Part shown: positions 1 to 8,467 of the stretch, one piece after another
How the letters are laid out: each line of letters begins with the position of its first letter
How positions within the stretch are numbered: the stretch's first letter is position 1
From: an uncultured Bacteroidota bacterium
GTDB taxonomy: Bacteria; Bacteroidota; Bacteroidia; Flavobacteriales; Flavobacteriaceae
Direction: 5' to 3'
NCBI GenBank assembly: GCA_902520765.1
Contig: CABYPG010000008.1
Span: 4,859-68,858, forward strand
DNA: 64,000 bases
Notes under the pieces: model-generated
The model's database searches: none
Seen by the model: the letters and a program-made list of their open reading frames with translations, nothing else
What the model was told of the DNA's origin: nothing
Made by a program: the position numbers and the translations under genes

Positions 1-1
1 C

Positions 2-370
2 ATTTGTGAGTCTCCTGGATCAAAAAAATATGGGATTATTTCTGTTCTTACTCAATTATTTTATAAAACTGACTTACTTTTCGAAGTACCTCCGAAAGTA
101 TTTAGTCCTGTTCCAAAAGTTTTTTCTGCAGTTATTCAGCTAGTGCGCAAAAACAATACTAATTTAGGCTGCAACGAGCAACTCTTGTTTAGAATCGTTA
201 AGTTAAGCTTTCAGCAACGTCGTAAAACTCTTCGGAATAGTTTAAAAAATCTTAATATTTCTGAAAAGTTAAGAGAAGATAGTATCTTTGATAAACGCCC
301 TGAGATGCTCTCGGGTTATGACTTCGTCCAAATTGCAAAAAGGGTTGACAATGGCAACATTCCGAATTAA
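2..370 (+). CDS. rsmA: 16S rRNA (adenine1518/1519-N6)-dimethyltransferase RsmA/KsgA, C-terminal part (5' end outside window)
   Basis: Frame 2 is open from the window edge to TAA 368-370. The translation ICESPGSKKYGIISVLTQLFYKTDLLFEVPPKVFSPVPKVFSAVIQLVRKN...RRKTLRNSL matches the conserved C-terminal half of KsgA/RsmA. Confidence 0.85.
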   Translation: MCESPGSKKYGIISVLTQLFYKTDLLFEVPPKVFSPVPKVFSAVIQLVRKNNTNLGCNEQLLFRIVKLSFQQRRKTLRNSLKNLNISEKLREDSIFDKRPEMLSGYDFVQIAKRVDNGNIPN

Positions 371-1709
371 TGAAGCTTACTTAATTGAGATAAAAGACCT
401 TGTTAAAAATAAGGATAACTCTCGTATTAAAAAAAAACTAGGACAAGCTCACTATGCAGATCTAGGAGAAATTATTGAAGCCGTCTCTCTTAATGAGGCA
501 ACATATTTAGTAAAAGTATTAGGTAGTGATAAAACCGCAGATGCACTCGCTGAAGTTAATCCAGATATTAGAGAAGGAATTTTGGAAAAGCTTTCAGTAA
601 AAGAAATTGCAAAAGAAGTTCTTGAACTCGACACCGATGATGCTGCAGATATAATCCTTGAACTTCCAGAAGAAAGACAAGAGAAAGTAATGTCTCAGAT
701 TGCAGATAATGAACATGTCAGTGATATACGTGATCTACTTAAATACGAAGAAAATACAGCGGGTGCTTTAATGGCAAAAGAATTAGTAAAAGTGAATGAA
801 AACTTAAGTGTTCTAAAATGTTTGAATGAAATGAGATCTCAAGCTGAGAATGTTACAAGGGTTCATTCCATTTATGTTGTTGATGAAAGGAACCAACTTA
901 AAGGAAGGCTGTCTCTTAAAGATTTAATTACTGCAAATTCAAAAGCAAAAGTTAAAGATATATACATCCCAAAGGTAGATTATGTTACAGTTGATCAAGA
1001 ATCTGATGAGGTTGCAAAAATTATGTCAAAATATGATTTGGAAGCAATTCCAGTAGTGAATATGAAAAGAGAATTATTGGGACGAATTACAATCGACGAT
1101 ATTGTCGACTTTATTAAGGAAGAAGCAGACAAAGACTATCAACTAGCCGCTGGAATTTCAGCTGATGTTGTAGCAGATGATAAAATATTAGATTTGGTAA
1201 AAGCAAGACTCCCTTGGCTTTTTCTAGGTCTGTTAGGTGGTATAGGTAGTGTTTTTATTTTACAAGATTTTGAAACAATTATGGAACAACCTAGTTTGCG
1301 TAATTTATTTTTTTACACACCACTAATAGCAGCAATGGCAGGTAATGTGGGGGTTCAATCTTCAGCAATTATAGTTCAAGGTATAGCTAATGATATAGTA
1401 AAGGGATCTTTATTTAATATTTTAATTAAAGAAATTGGCCTCAGTCTAATAAATGGATTTGCTCTAGCTATAGTTATTCTCATTTTTGGACAATTTATAA
1501 ATCAATCTTTTCTTGTAAGCACAACAATTGCTGGATCTATGATGTTAGTGATCATAGTCGCTGCACTTGTAGGTACTTTCGTTCCAATAGTTCTTAATAG
1601 ACAAGGTATTGACCCAGCAATAGCTACTGGTCCATTTATCACTACTGCTAATGATATTTTTGGAATTTTTCTGTTTTTTTATTTTGCAAAAATAATTTTA
1701 GGATTCTAA
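351..1709 (+). CDS. mgtE: Magnesium transporter MgtE
   Basis: ATG 351 (MATFRINE...) is preferred over TTG 288 of the ORF track. The protein has an acidic MgtE_N region, two CBS-like blocks (VHSIYVVDERNQLKGRLSLKDL; EAIPVVNMKRELLGRITIDD) and a C-terminal multi-TM channel domain (ATGPFITTANDIFG). It overlaps the rsmA end by 20 nt. Confidence 0.9.
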   Translation: MATFRINEAYLIEIKDLVKNKDNSRIKKKLGQAHYADLGEIIEAVSLNEATYLVKVLGSDKTADALAEVNPDIREGILEKLSVKEIAKEVLELDTDDAADIILELPEERQEKVMSQIADNEHVSDIRDLLKYEENTAGALMAKELVKVNENLSVLKCLNEMRSQAENVTRVHSIYVVDERNQLKGRLSLKDLITANSKAKVKDIYIPKVDYVTVDQESDEVAKIMSKYDLEAIPVVNMKRELLGRITIDDIVDFIKEEADKDYQLAAGISADVVADDKILDLVKARLPWLFLGLLGGIGSVFILQDFETIMEQPSLRNLFFYTPLIAAMAGNVGVQSSAIIVQGIANDIVKGSLFNILIKEIGLSLINGFALAIVILIFGQFINQSFLVSTTIAGSMMLVIIVAALVGTFVPIVLNRQGIDPAIATGPFITTANDIFGIFLFFYFAKIILGF

Positions 1710-2665
1710 TGAAGAGACCTAAAATTCTCCATGTTGATAAGAACCATCCGATTCTCACAGTTGGCCTAGAAAAACTAGGTTTCGAGAATATTATATCATA
1801 TAAAACTCCTCTAGATGAAATTATGAAGAGTATAGAACAATATCAAGGTATTGTAATACGAAGCCGCTTTACCTTAGATAAACTAATTTTAAATGCTGCA
1901 AAAAAACTTAAGTTTATCGCTCGAGTAGGTTCAGGGCTAGAGAATATAGATGTAAAATACGCTATTTCAAAGAAAATACATCTAATTTCCTCCCCTGAAG
2001 GTAATCGAAATGCTGTTGGGGAACATGCCCTTGGTCTCTTATTGAGTTTGATGAATAAACTCCACTCTGGTCACGAAAAAATAAAAAATGGTTTTTGGAT
2101 AAGAGAAGAGCAAAGAGGATTTGAATTAGAAGGAAAAACTGTCGCTATAATTGGTTATGGAAATACTGGAAAAAGTTTTGCGAAAAAATTAGCATGCTTT
2201 AATAATTTGAAAATACTATGCTATGATATCAAACCTAATTTAGGTGACAAAATAACATCTCAAGTGAGCCTTGAAGAAATAAATAATAAAGCCCAAATAT
2301 TAAGTTTACATGTTCCAGAAACTCCAAAAACTATTGGATTTATTAACAGATCATTTATAAAAAAAATGAAAAACCCATTCTGGCTAATAAATACCTCAAG
2401 GGGAAAAGTAGTTGTTACAGACGATTTAATTGAAGGGTTAAAATCAAAAAGAATATTAGGTGCAGGATTAGATGTTCTAGAGTATGAGTCTAATTCATTT
2501 AATTCAATAATAAATTCATCTAAGATTACTCCATCTCTAGAATATCTAATTAAATCTGATAAAGTTTTGTTAAGTCCACATGTAGCTGGATGGACTCACG
2601 AAAGCCATGAAAAATTAGCTTTAACAATAATTAGAAAAATTAAGAATTTAAGATTAACGAATTAA
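1709..2665 (+). CDS. D-isomer-specific 2-hydroxyacid dehydrogenase family protein (phosphoglycerate dehydrogenase-like)
   Basis: 318 aa with the NAD-binding motif GYGNTGKSFAKKL (GxGxxG) and catalytic-type blocks NTSRG, LDVLEYE and SPHVAGWT. The ATG overlaps the mgtE stop (TAATG). Confidence 0.85.
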   Translation: MKRPKILHVDKNHPILTVGLEKLGFENIISYKTPLDEIMKSIEQYQGIVIRSRFTLDKLILNAAKKLKFIARVGSGLENIDVKYAISKKIHLISSPEGNRNAVGEHALGLLLSLMNKLHSGHEKIKNGFWIREEQRGFELEGKTVAIIGYGNTGKSFAKKLACFNNLKILCYDIKPNLGDKITSQVSLEEINNKAQILSLHVPETPKTIGFINRSFIKKMKNPFWLINTSRGKVVVTDDLIEGLKSKRILGAGLDVLEYESNSFNSIINSSKITPSLEYLIKSDKVLLSPHVAGWTHESHEKLALTIIRKIKNLRLTN

Positions 2666-3912
2666 ATAATAAATTGAGCTGTTTCCTCTGTTCTTTGTTC
2701 TAATAAAATTGGTTTTCCAATACTTCTAATAAAATTAGATGCTTCTTGATTAAAGTGTCTAATCGTAAATAGATCTACGCCCTGATCAACTTTTACATTA
2801 AACTTGGCACGTAGAATAATTAATAACTCATCTAATTTTTTGTATTTATTATTGATACAGACTGAAAAACTGATTGCCGAGTTTTGGATAAGCTCCACTG
2901 ACATCTGATACTCATGTAATAATTTAAAAATATAACTAATATTTTCTTCAACCATAAATGAAAAGTCAATCGTAGAAAGCCTTAGTAAGACTTGATTTTT
3001 TTTTAAGATATAGCATGGAATAAGAGGATCTAAATTTTTCCCTTTTAATACTACAGTTCCTTTATTTTTAGGATTTTCAAAGGATTTTACGTAAAGAGGT
3101 ATTTCTTTTCTTTGCAGCGGCTGAAGAGTCTTAGGATGAATCACAGATGCACCATAAAATGCAAGCTCTATGGCTTCCCTATAGGATATTTGATTTAATA
3201 ATTTAGTTTTTTTAAATACTCTAGGATCCCCATTTAAGACTCCAGGAACATCTTTCCATATTGTAAGAGATGTTGCATTTAATCCATATGCAAAGATTGC
3301 AGCAGAATAATCTGACCCTTCCCTACCTAATGTTGTTGTGAAATTATTTGAATTACTACCAATAAATCCTTGAGTTACTACAAGAGAATGACCTTTAAAA
3401 TTATTTGTAATATTTTGACTCGTTAACTCCCAATTTAAATTCGCAGCACGGTAATAGTCATCGGTTTTTATGCATTCGCGGCTATCAAGCCAATGATTCT
3501 CTAATCCAGAAAATCTCATAAACGCATGCACTATTTTTGAAGATAAAAGTTCACCAATACTTACAACTTGATCGTAAACAAAACTATAATTTGGTGACTT
3601 ATTTGAATTTAAAAATCCAGATAATTCTTCAAAAAGTTTATGTATGGTTTCTTCAATTTTAGAGCTATTATTGTTAAATAAATTTCTGACAATTTCGATA
3701 TGATATTGTTTAAGTTGAAGTAATTCACCTGCAATCTTGTTGGAGTCATTGAAATAATTATCTAAAATTTTTTCAAGGGCGTTAGTTGTTTTTCCCATTG
3801 CTGAAACAACTACAATTGTTTTGTCATACCCAAGTTCTTTTAAAATCGAAACAAGATTTTCTACCCCTGAGGCGTCTCTAAGAGATGCCCCACCAAATTT
3901 AAATACTTTCAT
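2662..3912 (-). CDS. lysC: Aspartate kinase (monofunctional)
   Basis: 416 aa with the N-terminal MKVFKFGGASL kinase signature, a TTLGREGSDYSAA block and a C-terminal ACT-like regulatory half. Confidence 0.9.
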   Translation of the reverse strand: MKVFKFGGASLRDASGVENLVSILKELGYDKTIVVVSAMGKTTNALEKILDNYFNDSNKIAGELLQLKQYHIEIVRNLFNNNSSKIEETIHKLFEELSGFLNSNKSPNYSFVYDQVVSIGELLSSKIVHAFMRFSGLENHWLDSRECIKTDDYYRAANLNWELTSQNITNNFKGHSLVVTQGFIGSNSNNFTTTLGREGSDYSAAIFAYGLNATSLTIWKDVPGVLNGDPRVFKKTKLLNQISYREAIELAFYGASVIHPKTLQPLQRKEIPLYVKSFENPKNKGTVVLKGKNLDPLIPCYILKKNQVLLRLSTIDFSFMVEENISYIFKLLHEYQMSVELIQNSAISFSVCINNKYKKLDELLIILRAKFNVKVDQGVDLFTIRHFNQEASNFIRSIGKPILLEQRTEETAQFII

Positions 3913-4396
3913 TACTTGATAAACTTTTCAAATATGTTTTCATTTCGGATTGATGCATTTGAACTGTTCGCCAATCATCTAAAACCTTAGCCCCACTTTT
4001 TTTATAAAAGTTTATTGCTGGACTATTCCAATCTAAAACATTCCATTCAATTCTTTTAACTCCTGAATTAAAAGCCATTTTAATAAAATTTGAATATAAT
4101 TGGGTGCCTATACCTTTTCCTTTATATTTTTTAGAAACAATCAAATCTTCTAAATGAATAGTTGGTCCCTTCCAAGTTGAATAACGTGGGTAGTAGATAG
4201 CCATTCCAATTATTTTCTTGTTTACTTCTGCAACAATACATCCAAATAATGGTTTACTCCCAAAACCATCATTTTCTATATCAGATAATTTAAGTTTGAC
4301 ACTTTGTGGCTCTTTCTCGAAAAGTGCAAGTTCTTTAATCAAACTTAATATAGCTAAACTATCTTTTTTTTCAGCTGTTCTTATAAGAAACTTCAT
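3899..4396 (-). CDS. GNAT family N-acetyltransferase
   Basis: 165 aa with the acetyl-CoA binding loop KYKGKGIGTQLY. It overlaps the aspartate kinase start by 14 nt. Confidence 0.8.
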   Translation of the reverse strand: MKFLIRTAEKKDSLAILSLIKELALFEKEPQSVKLKLSDIENDGFGSKPLFGCIVAEVNKKIIGMAIYYPRYSTWKGPTIHLEDLIVSKKYKGKGIGTQLYSNFIKMAFNSGVKRIEWNVLDWNSPAINFYKKSGAKVLDDWRTVQMHQSEMKTYLKSLSSNESI

Positions 4397-4486
4397 GTAA
4401 CTAAATTTTGAAATAAAAATATGATAAGATTATTTTTTAGCACCGAACTACGATAAATTTCACAATTTTTCTGTGGTTGTTATAAA

Positions 4487-5278
4487 TCAATTAAATTCGT
4501 TTAACCATTTGGAAGTAACTTGAATAAATTCTTTTGGGTTTTCAGCGTGCAACCAGTGGCCTGCGCCAGATATTGTGGCTATTTTAGATTTAGGGAAATA
4601 GTCTCTTATCAATTGTTCGTCAATATCTAAAATATAATCAGAGTTTTCCCCCTTAAGAAAAAGGCAGGGTAGTTCAGAGTGAAAATCATAATTCAATTCT
4701 TCTCCAATTGTATGATTAGCTTTTTTAAGAACTTCAATATTAACTCTTAAACCAAGTTTTCCTTTTTCTACCCAGTGAAGATTTTTAAGTAAAAACTGTC
4801 TCAGCCCATATTCAGATATTATACTTGACATTTTTTCATCGGCAGCAGCTCTTGAATTAATTTTATCAAAGTCTAGAGATGATAAACCATTTAAAATATT
4901 TTGGTGCTTAGATTTGTATTTTCTAGGTGAAATGTCAGCTATAACTAATGCTCTGATTAAATTAGAATGACTAAACGCAAGCTTCATGGCAACCTTACCG
5001 CCCATAGAATGGCCGATTATAAAAACTTTCTCAAGATTATGAAATTTGCAATAATTTACAATATCCTCTGCCATAATTGAGTAGGAAAATTCCTTACTCC
5101 AAAAGCTTTTACCGTGATTTCTTTGATCAATTAAATGAACCCTATAACCTATTTTGGTTAAAACATTGGCATATGTTTTCCAATTATCTCCCATACCAAG
5201 AAAACCGTGGAGGATTAATAATTCGTTTCCCTTGTCAGCAGTAATTTTACTGTGAAGTATTTTCAATTTACTAGACAT
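4487..5278 (-). CDS. Alpha/beta hydrolase fold protein
   Basis: 263 aa with an HGFLG oxyanion region, a GHSMGG nucleophile elbow and a C-terminal GAGHWLH catalytic His region. Confidence 0.85.
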   Translation of the reverse strand: MSSKLKILHSKITADKGNELLILHGFLGMGDNWKTYANVLTKIGYRVHLIDQRNHGKSFWSKEFSYSIMAEDIVNYCKFHNLEKVFIIGHSMGGKVAMKLAFSHSNLIRALVIADISPRKYKSKHQNILNGLSSLDFDKINSRAAADEKMSSIISEYGLRQFLLKNLHWVEKGKLGLRVNIEVLKKANHTIGEELNYDFHSELPCLFLKGENSDYILDIDEQLIRDYFPKSKIATISGAGHWLHAENPKEFIQVTSKWLNEFN

Positions 5279-5979
5279 TTTAAATACATAGGGATAACAT
5301 TTTTAAACCCTAAATATAGGCTTTCAGAAATGAGTGCATGACCAATTGAAACTTCAAGTAAATCAGGAATGTTTTGGGTAAAGTATGTTAAATTTTTAAG
5401 GTTTAAATCATGTCCGGCATTAACCCCAATACCAATTTTTTTTGCCTTCTCAGCTGCTACAATATACGGAGTTATTCCTTTTTCCCTGTCAAAATCGTAA
5501 GCTTTAGCATAGTTTTCTGTGTACAACTCTATTCTGTCTGTTCCAGTATCTAGTGCTGCCTCAATAATAGAGATGTCTGGGTCGACAAAAATTGAAGTAC
5601 GAATACCTTCCATTTTTAGTTCATTAATGACACCCCTTAGAAATTTTACATGTTTTTTAGTGTCCCATCCAGCGCTTGAAGTAATTGCATCTTCAGCATC
5701 AGGAACTAATGTTACTTGGGTTGGTTTTACCTCACATACTAGATTCAAAAATTTTGTAGTAGGATTACCTTCAATATTATACTCTGTTTTAACCACTTTA
5801 GGTAAATTTCTTGCATCTTCGTAACGAATATGTCTTTCGTCTGGTCTTGGATGGATTGTGATTCCGTGTGCTCCAAACTCCTGTAAGTCTTCTGCAACTT
5901 TCAGTAGATCTGGCACATTCCCGCCTCTTGAATTTCTCAAGGTTGCTACTTTATTAATATTTACACTAAGCAAAGTCAT
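5263..5979 (-). CDS. pdxJ: Pyridoxine 5'-phosphate synthase
   Basis: 238 aa from ATG 5979 (MTLLSVNINKVATLRNSRGG..., the conserved PdxJ N-terminus), with HPRPDERHI and GHDLN blocks. The longer ORF to 6033 adds 18 non-conserved residues and would start upstream of a -7 box at 5996-5989. Confidence 0.9.
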   Translation of the reverse strand: MTLLSVNINKVATLRNSRGGNVPDLLKVAEDLQEFGAHGITIHPRPDERHIRYEDARNLPKVVKTEYNIEGNPTTKFLNLVCEVKPTQVTLVPDAEDAITSSAGWDTKKHVKFLRGVINELKMEGIRTSIFVDPDISIIEAALDTGTDRIELYTENYAKAYDFDREKGITPYIVAAEKAKKIGIGVNAGHDLNLKNLTYFTQNIPDLLEVSIGHALISESLYLGFKNVIPMYLKCLVN

Positions 5980-5988
5980 TTTGATTTG

Positions 5989-5996
5989 CAAAAATA
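5989..5996 (-). promoter_or_regulatory. Candidate Bacteroidetes -7 promoter box (TATTTTTG) for pdxJ
   Basis: Exact match to TAnnTTTG on the minus strand, with 9 nt between the box and ATG 5979. I found no convincing -33 element. Confidence 0.35.
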
Positions 5997-6100
5997 TCCT
6001 TAATGTTAGACTTATAAAATAAATTAACGACAAATTAATTATTGAAACTGAAAATCAAGGTTATGACGAGTTTTGTAACTTTACACTTAATAAAGATATT

Positions 6101-6982
6101 ATGAACATTGCTATATATAGCGCATTTTTTTCACCAAAGTCAATTGATTATGTCAAAACTGTAATTGACTATCTTAATTCTAAGGAATACAATTTTATAC
6201 TATTTGATAGGATAAAAAAATATTTAGGTGATGGTGCAGTTAATTACAATTATTTCAAAGATGATGAATTACTGAATGAAAAGGTTGATTTTTTGTTTTC
6301 AATTGGTGGTGATGGAACACTATTAAGGTCTATATCGGTAATTAAGGATTCCAAAATCCCTATTTTAGGAATTAATGCCGGAAGATTGGGTTTTTTAACT
6401 ACTATCAAAAAAGATACTTTAAAACAAGGGCTGAAACAATTTTTTGAGGGCAAATATGATTTTATTGAAAGATCCTTATTAGAGGTATCTACAAAACATA
6501 ACTCTGAAGCATCAAATGACTTTGGTTATGCCTTAAATGAAGTCACCATTAATAGAAAAAATACTACCTCTATGCTTAGTATTGATACAAGGCTAAATGA
6601 CGAATACCTAACAACTTACTGGTCTGACGGGCTAATTATAGCAACACCAACTGGTTCAACTGGTTATTCATTAAGTAGTGGTGGTCCAATTGTAACTCCG
6701 TCGTCTAAATGCCTAGTAATTAATCCTATAGCTCCACATAATATAAATATGAGATCCCTAATTGTACCCGAAGAAACAACTTTAGAAATATCTGTAAAAG
6801 GGAGAGGTAACACTCATTTACTTTCATTAGATTCAAAAATATTTACTATTGAAAATGGCAACGATATTTATATAAAAAAAGCAGATTTTAATCTTCTAAC
6901 TGTTCAATTACATGGAACAGACTTTTTCGATACATTAAGAGAAAAATTTTTTTGGGGACACGATTCACGAAATACACAATAA
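6101..6982 (+). CDS. nadK: NAD kinase
   Basis: 293 aa with the GGDGTLL motif, NEVTI and an ATPTGSTGYSLSSGGPI block. Confidence 0.9.
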   Translation: MNIAIYSAFFSPKSIDYVKTVIDYLNSKEYNFILFDRIKKYLGDGAVNYNYFKDDELLNEKVDFLFSIGGDGTLLRSISVIKDSKIPILGINAGRLGFLTTIKKDTLKQGLKQFFEGKYDFIERSLLEVSTKHNSEASNDFGYALNEVTINRKNTTSMLSIDTRLNDEYLTTYWSDGLIIATPTGSTGYSLSSGGPIVTPSSKCLVINPIAPHNINMRSLIVPEETTLEISVKGRGNTHLLSLDSKIFTIENGNDIYIKKADFNLLTVQLHGTDFFDTLREKFFWGHDSRNTQ

Positions 6983-7039
6983 ATTTGGGGTTTTTCGGTT
7001 AATACTAAACACCAAACATCGTTTTAGTTGAATTGAAAA

Positions 7040-7750
7040 ATGGATAAGAAAATTCATTGTTTTATATTGATATTTTTTTTTACTCTTTTAATTAAAGCCC
7101 AATTTCATGAAATCGGAATTTTTCTTGGGGGAAGTAACTATATCGGTGATGTTGGATCTCATCGATATTTAGATCCAAATGAACTTGCATATGGTATCCT
7201 CTATAGATGGAATATAACAGATAGATATTCTTTAAGAGGTGGATTTACATTAACAACTCTAAATGAAAATGAATACAGAAACAATGATATTAATAGATTT
7301 AGAAGATCATATAAAATTAGTAATTCAATTGAAGAAGCAGCTGCTGGTGTAGAAATAAATTTTAAAGAGTTTAATTTACATGACCCTGTTTTAAGCTTTA
7401 CTCCATATATTTTTTATGGTATAGGCTATTTTAGGTATGACCAATTTTTTATTGAACCAGGTAATTCCTTAATTGAACCTGTATACAATAACTATGGAAA
7501 AGATAGAAAAATTGCTATTCCAATAAGTATTGGATTTAAATTTAACCCACATCCATTTTTTGTTCTAGGCTTTGAAATTGGTGCTAGATATGCTTTAACT
7601 GATAATTTAGATGGTAGTAATCCTGAAAATCAATACGCAAATAATTTAAATTATAAATTTGGAAATATTAATAATAATGATTGGTATATTTTTACAGGTC
7701 TCACAATTTCATTTACCTTTGGCGATCTTCCATGTTATTGCAAAGAATAG
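7040..7750 (+). CDS. Outer-membrane beta-barrel protein of unknown function (DUF6089-like)
   Basis: 236 aa with a signal peptide (...FFFTLLIKAQ) and an alternating aromatic/Gly-rich strand pattern. It sits between nadK and uppS. The family name is recalled from memory, not verified. Confidence 0.6.
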   Translation: MDKKIHCFILIFFFTLLIKAQFHEIGIFLGGSNYIGDVGSHRYLDPNELAYGILYRWNITDRYSLRGGFTLTTLNENEYRNNDINRFRRSYKISNSIEEAAAGVEINFKEFNLHDPVLSFTPYIFYGIGYFRYDQFFIEPGNSLIEPVYNNYGKDRKIAIPISIGFKFNPHPFFVLGFEIGARYALTDNLDGSNPENQYANNLNYKFGNINNNDWYIFTGLTISFTFGDLPCYCKE

Positions 7751-8467
7751 ATGAACAAAATACCTAAACATGTAGCCATCATAATGGATGGCAACGGCCG
7801 TTGGGCAAAAAAAGTTGGTAAAAAAAGATTTGCTGGTCATACTCGTGGTGCGGAGACAGTTAGTGAAATTGTTGAGGAAGCCGCTAGAAAAAAGATCAGA
7901 TTTCTAACGCTTTTTGCTTTTTCAACTGAAAACTGGAACCGTCCAAAACAGGAAGTTAACTTACTAATGAAACTACTTGTAAGTTCTTTAAAAAAAGAAT
8001 TTAAGAGACTAAATAAAAACAAAATTAAATTATGCTCAATTGGTGATCTAAATTCATTACCAAATTCAGTTAGAGATGAGCTAATGTTTGTGACTGAAAA
8101 AACAAAAAACAACAAAAAGATGGTTCTCACACTTGCACTAAATTATGGAGCAAAAGAAGAAATAATTGAAGCCGTCAAAACTATATCTGGTAAAGTTAAA
8201 AATAGTATAATTTCCCCTGAAAAAGTTGATGAATCCACGATAATTAGTCATCTTTATAGCAAAAACTTACCCTCGGTGGATTTATTAATTAGGACAAGTG
8301 GTGAAGAAAGAATCAGTAATTTTCTCTTATGGCATATCGCCTATGCAGAATTATACTTCACAAAAACTCTTTGGCCTGATTTTAAAAAAGAAGATCTAGA
8401 AAAGGCATTAATAAATTACAAAAAAAGAGAAAGACGATTTGGAAAAACTAGCGAACAAATCATATAA
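7751..8467 (+). CDS. uppS: Isoprenyl transferase / undecaprenyl diphosphate synthase
   Basis: 238 aa with HVAIIMDGNGRWA and RTSGEERISNFLLW cis-prenyltransferase signatures. Confidence 0.92.
   Translation: MNKIPKHVAIIMDGNGRWAKKVGKKRFAGHTRGAETVSEIVEEAARKKIRFLTLFAFSTENWNRPKQEVNLLMKLLVSSLKKEFKRLNKNKIKLCSIGDLNSLPNSVRDELMFVTEKTKNNKKMVLTLALNYGAKEEIIEAVKTISGKVKNSIISPEKVDESTIISHLYSKNLPSVDLLIRTSGEERISNFLLWHIAYAELYFTKTLWPDFKKEDLEKALINYKKRERRFGKTSEQII

Noticed and set aside
288-350. Longer N-terminal extensions offered by the ORF track for mgtE (288), pdxJ (6033), ompH (11661), gamma-CA (12817), SDR (15216), ABC ATPase (22045), coxIV (24774) and the PAP2-like gene (41630).
   Set aside because: Downstream ATG or GTG codons reproduce the conserved family N-termini or signal peptides. 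They also remove implausible overlaps and, for pdxJ and the PAP2-like gene, place the start downstream of a -7 box.
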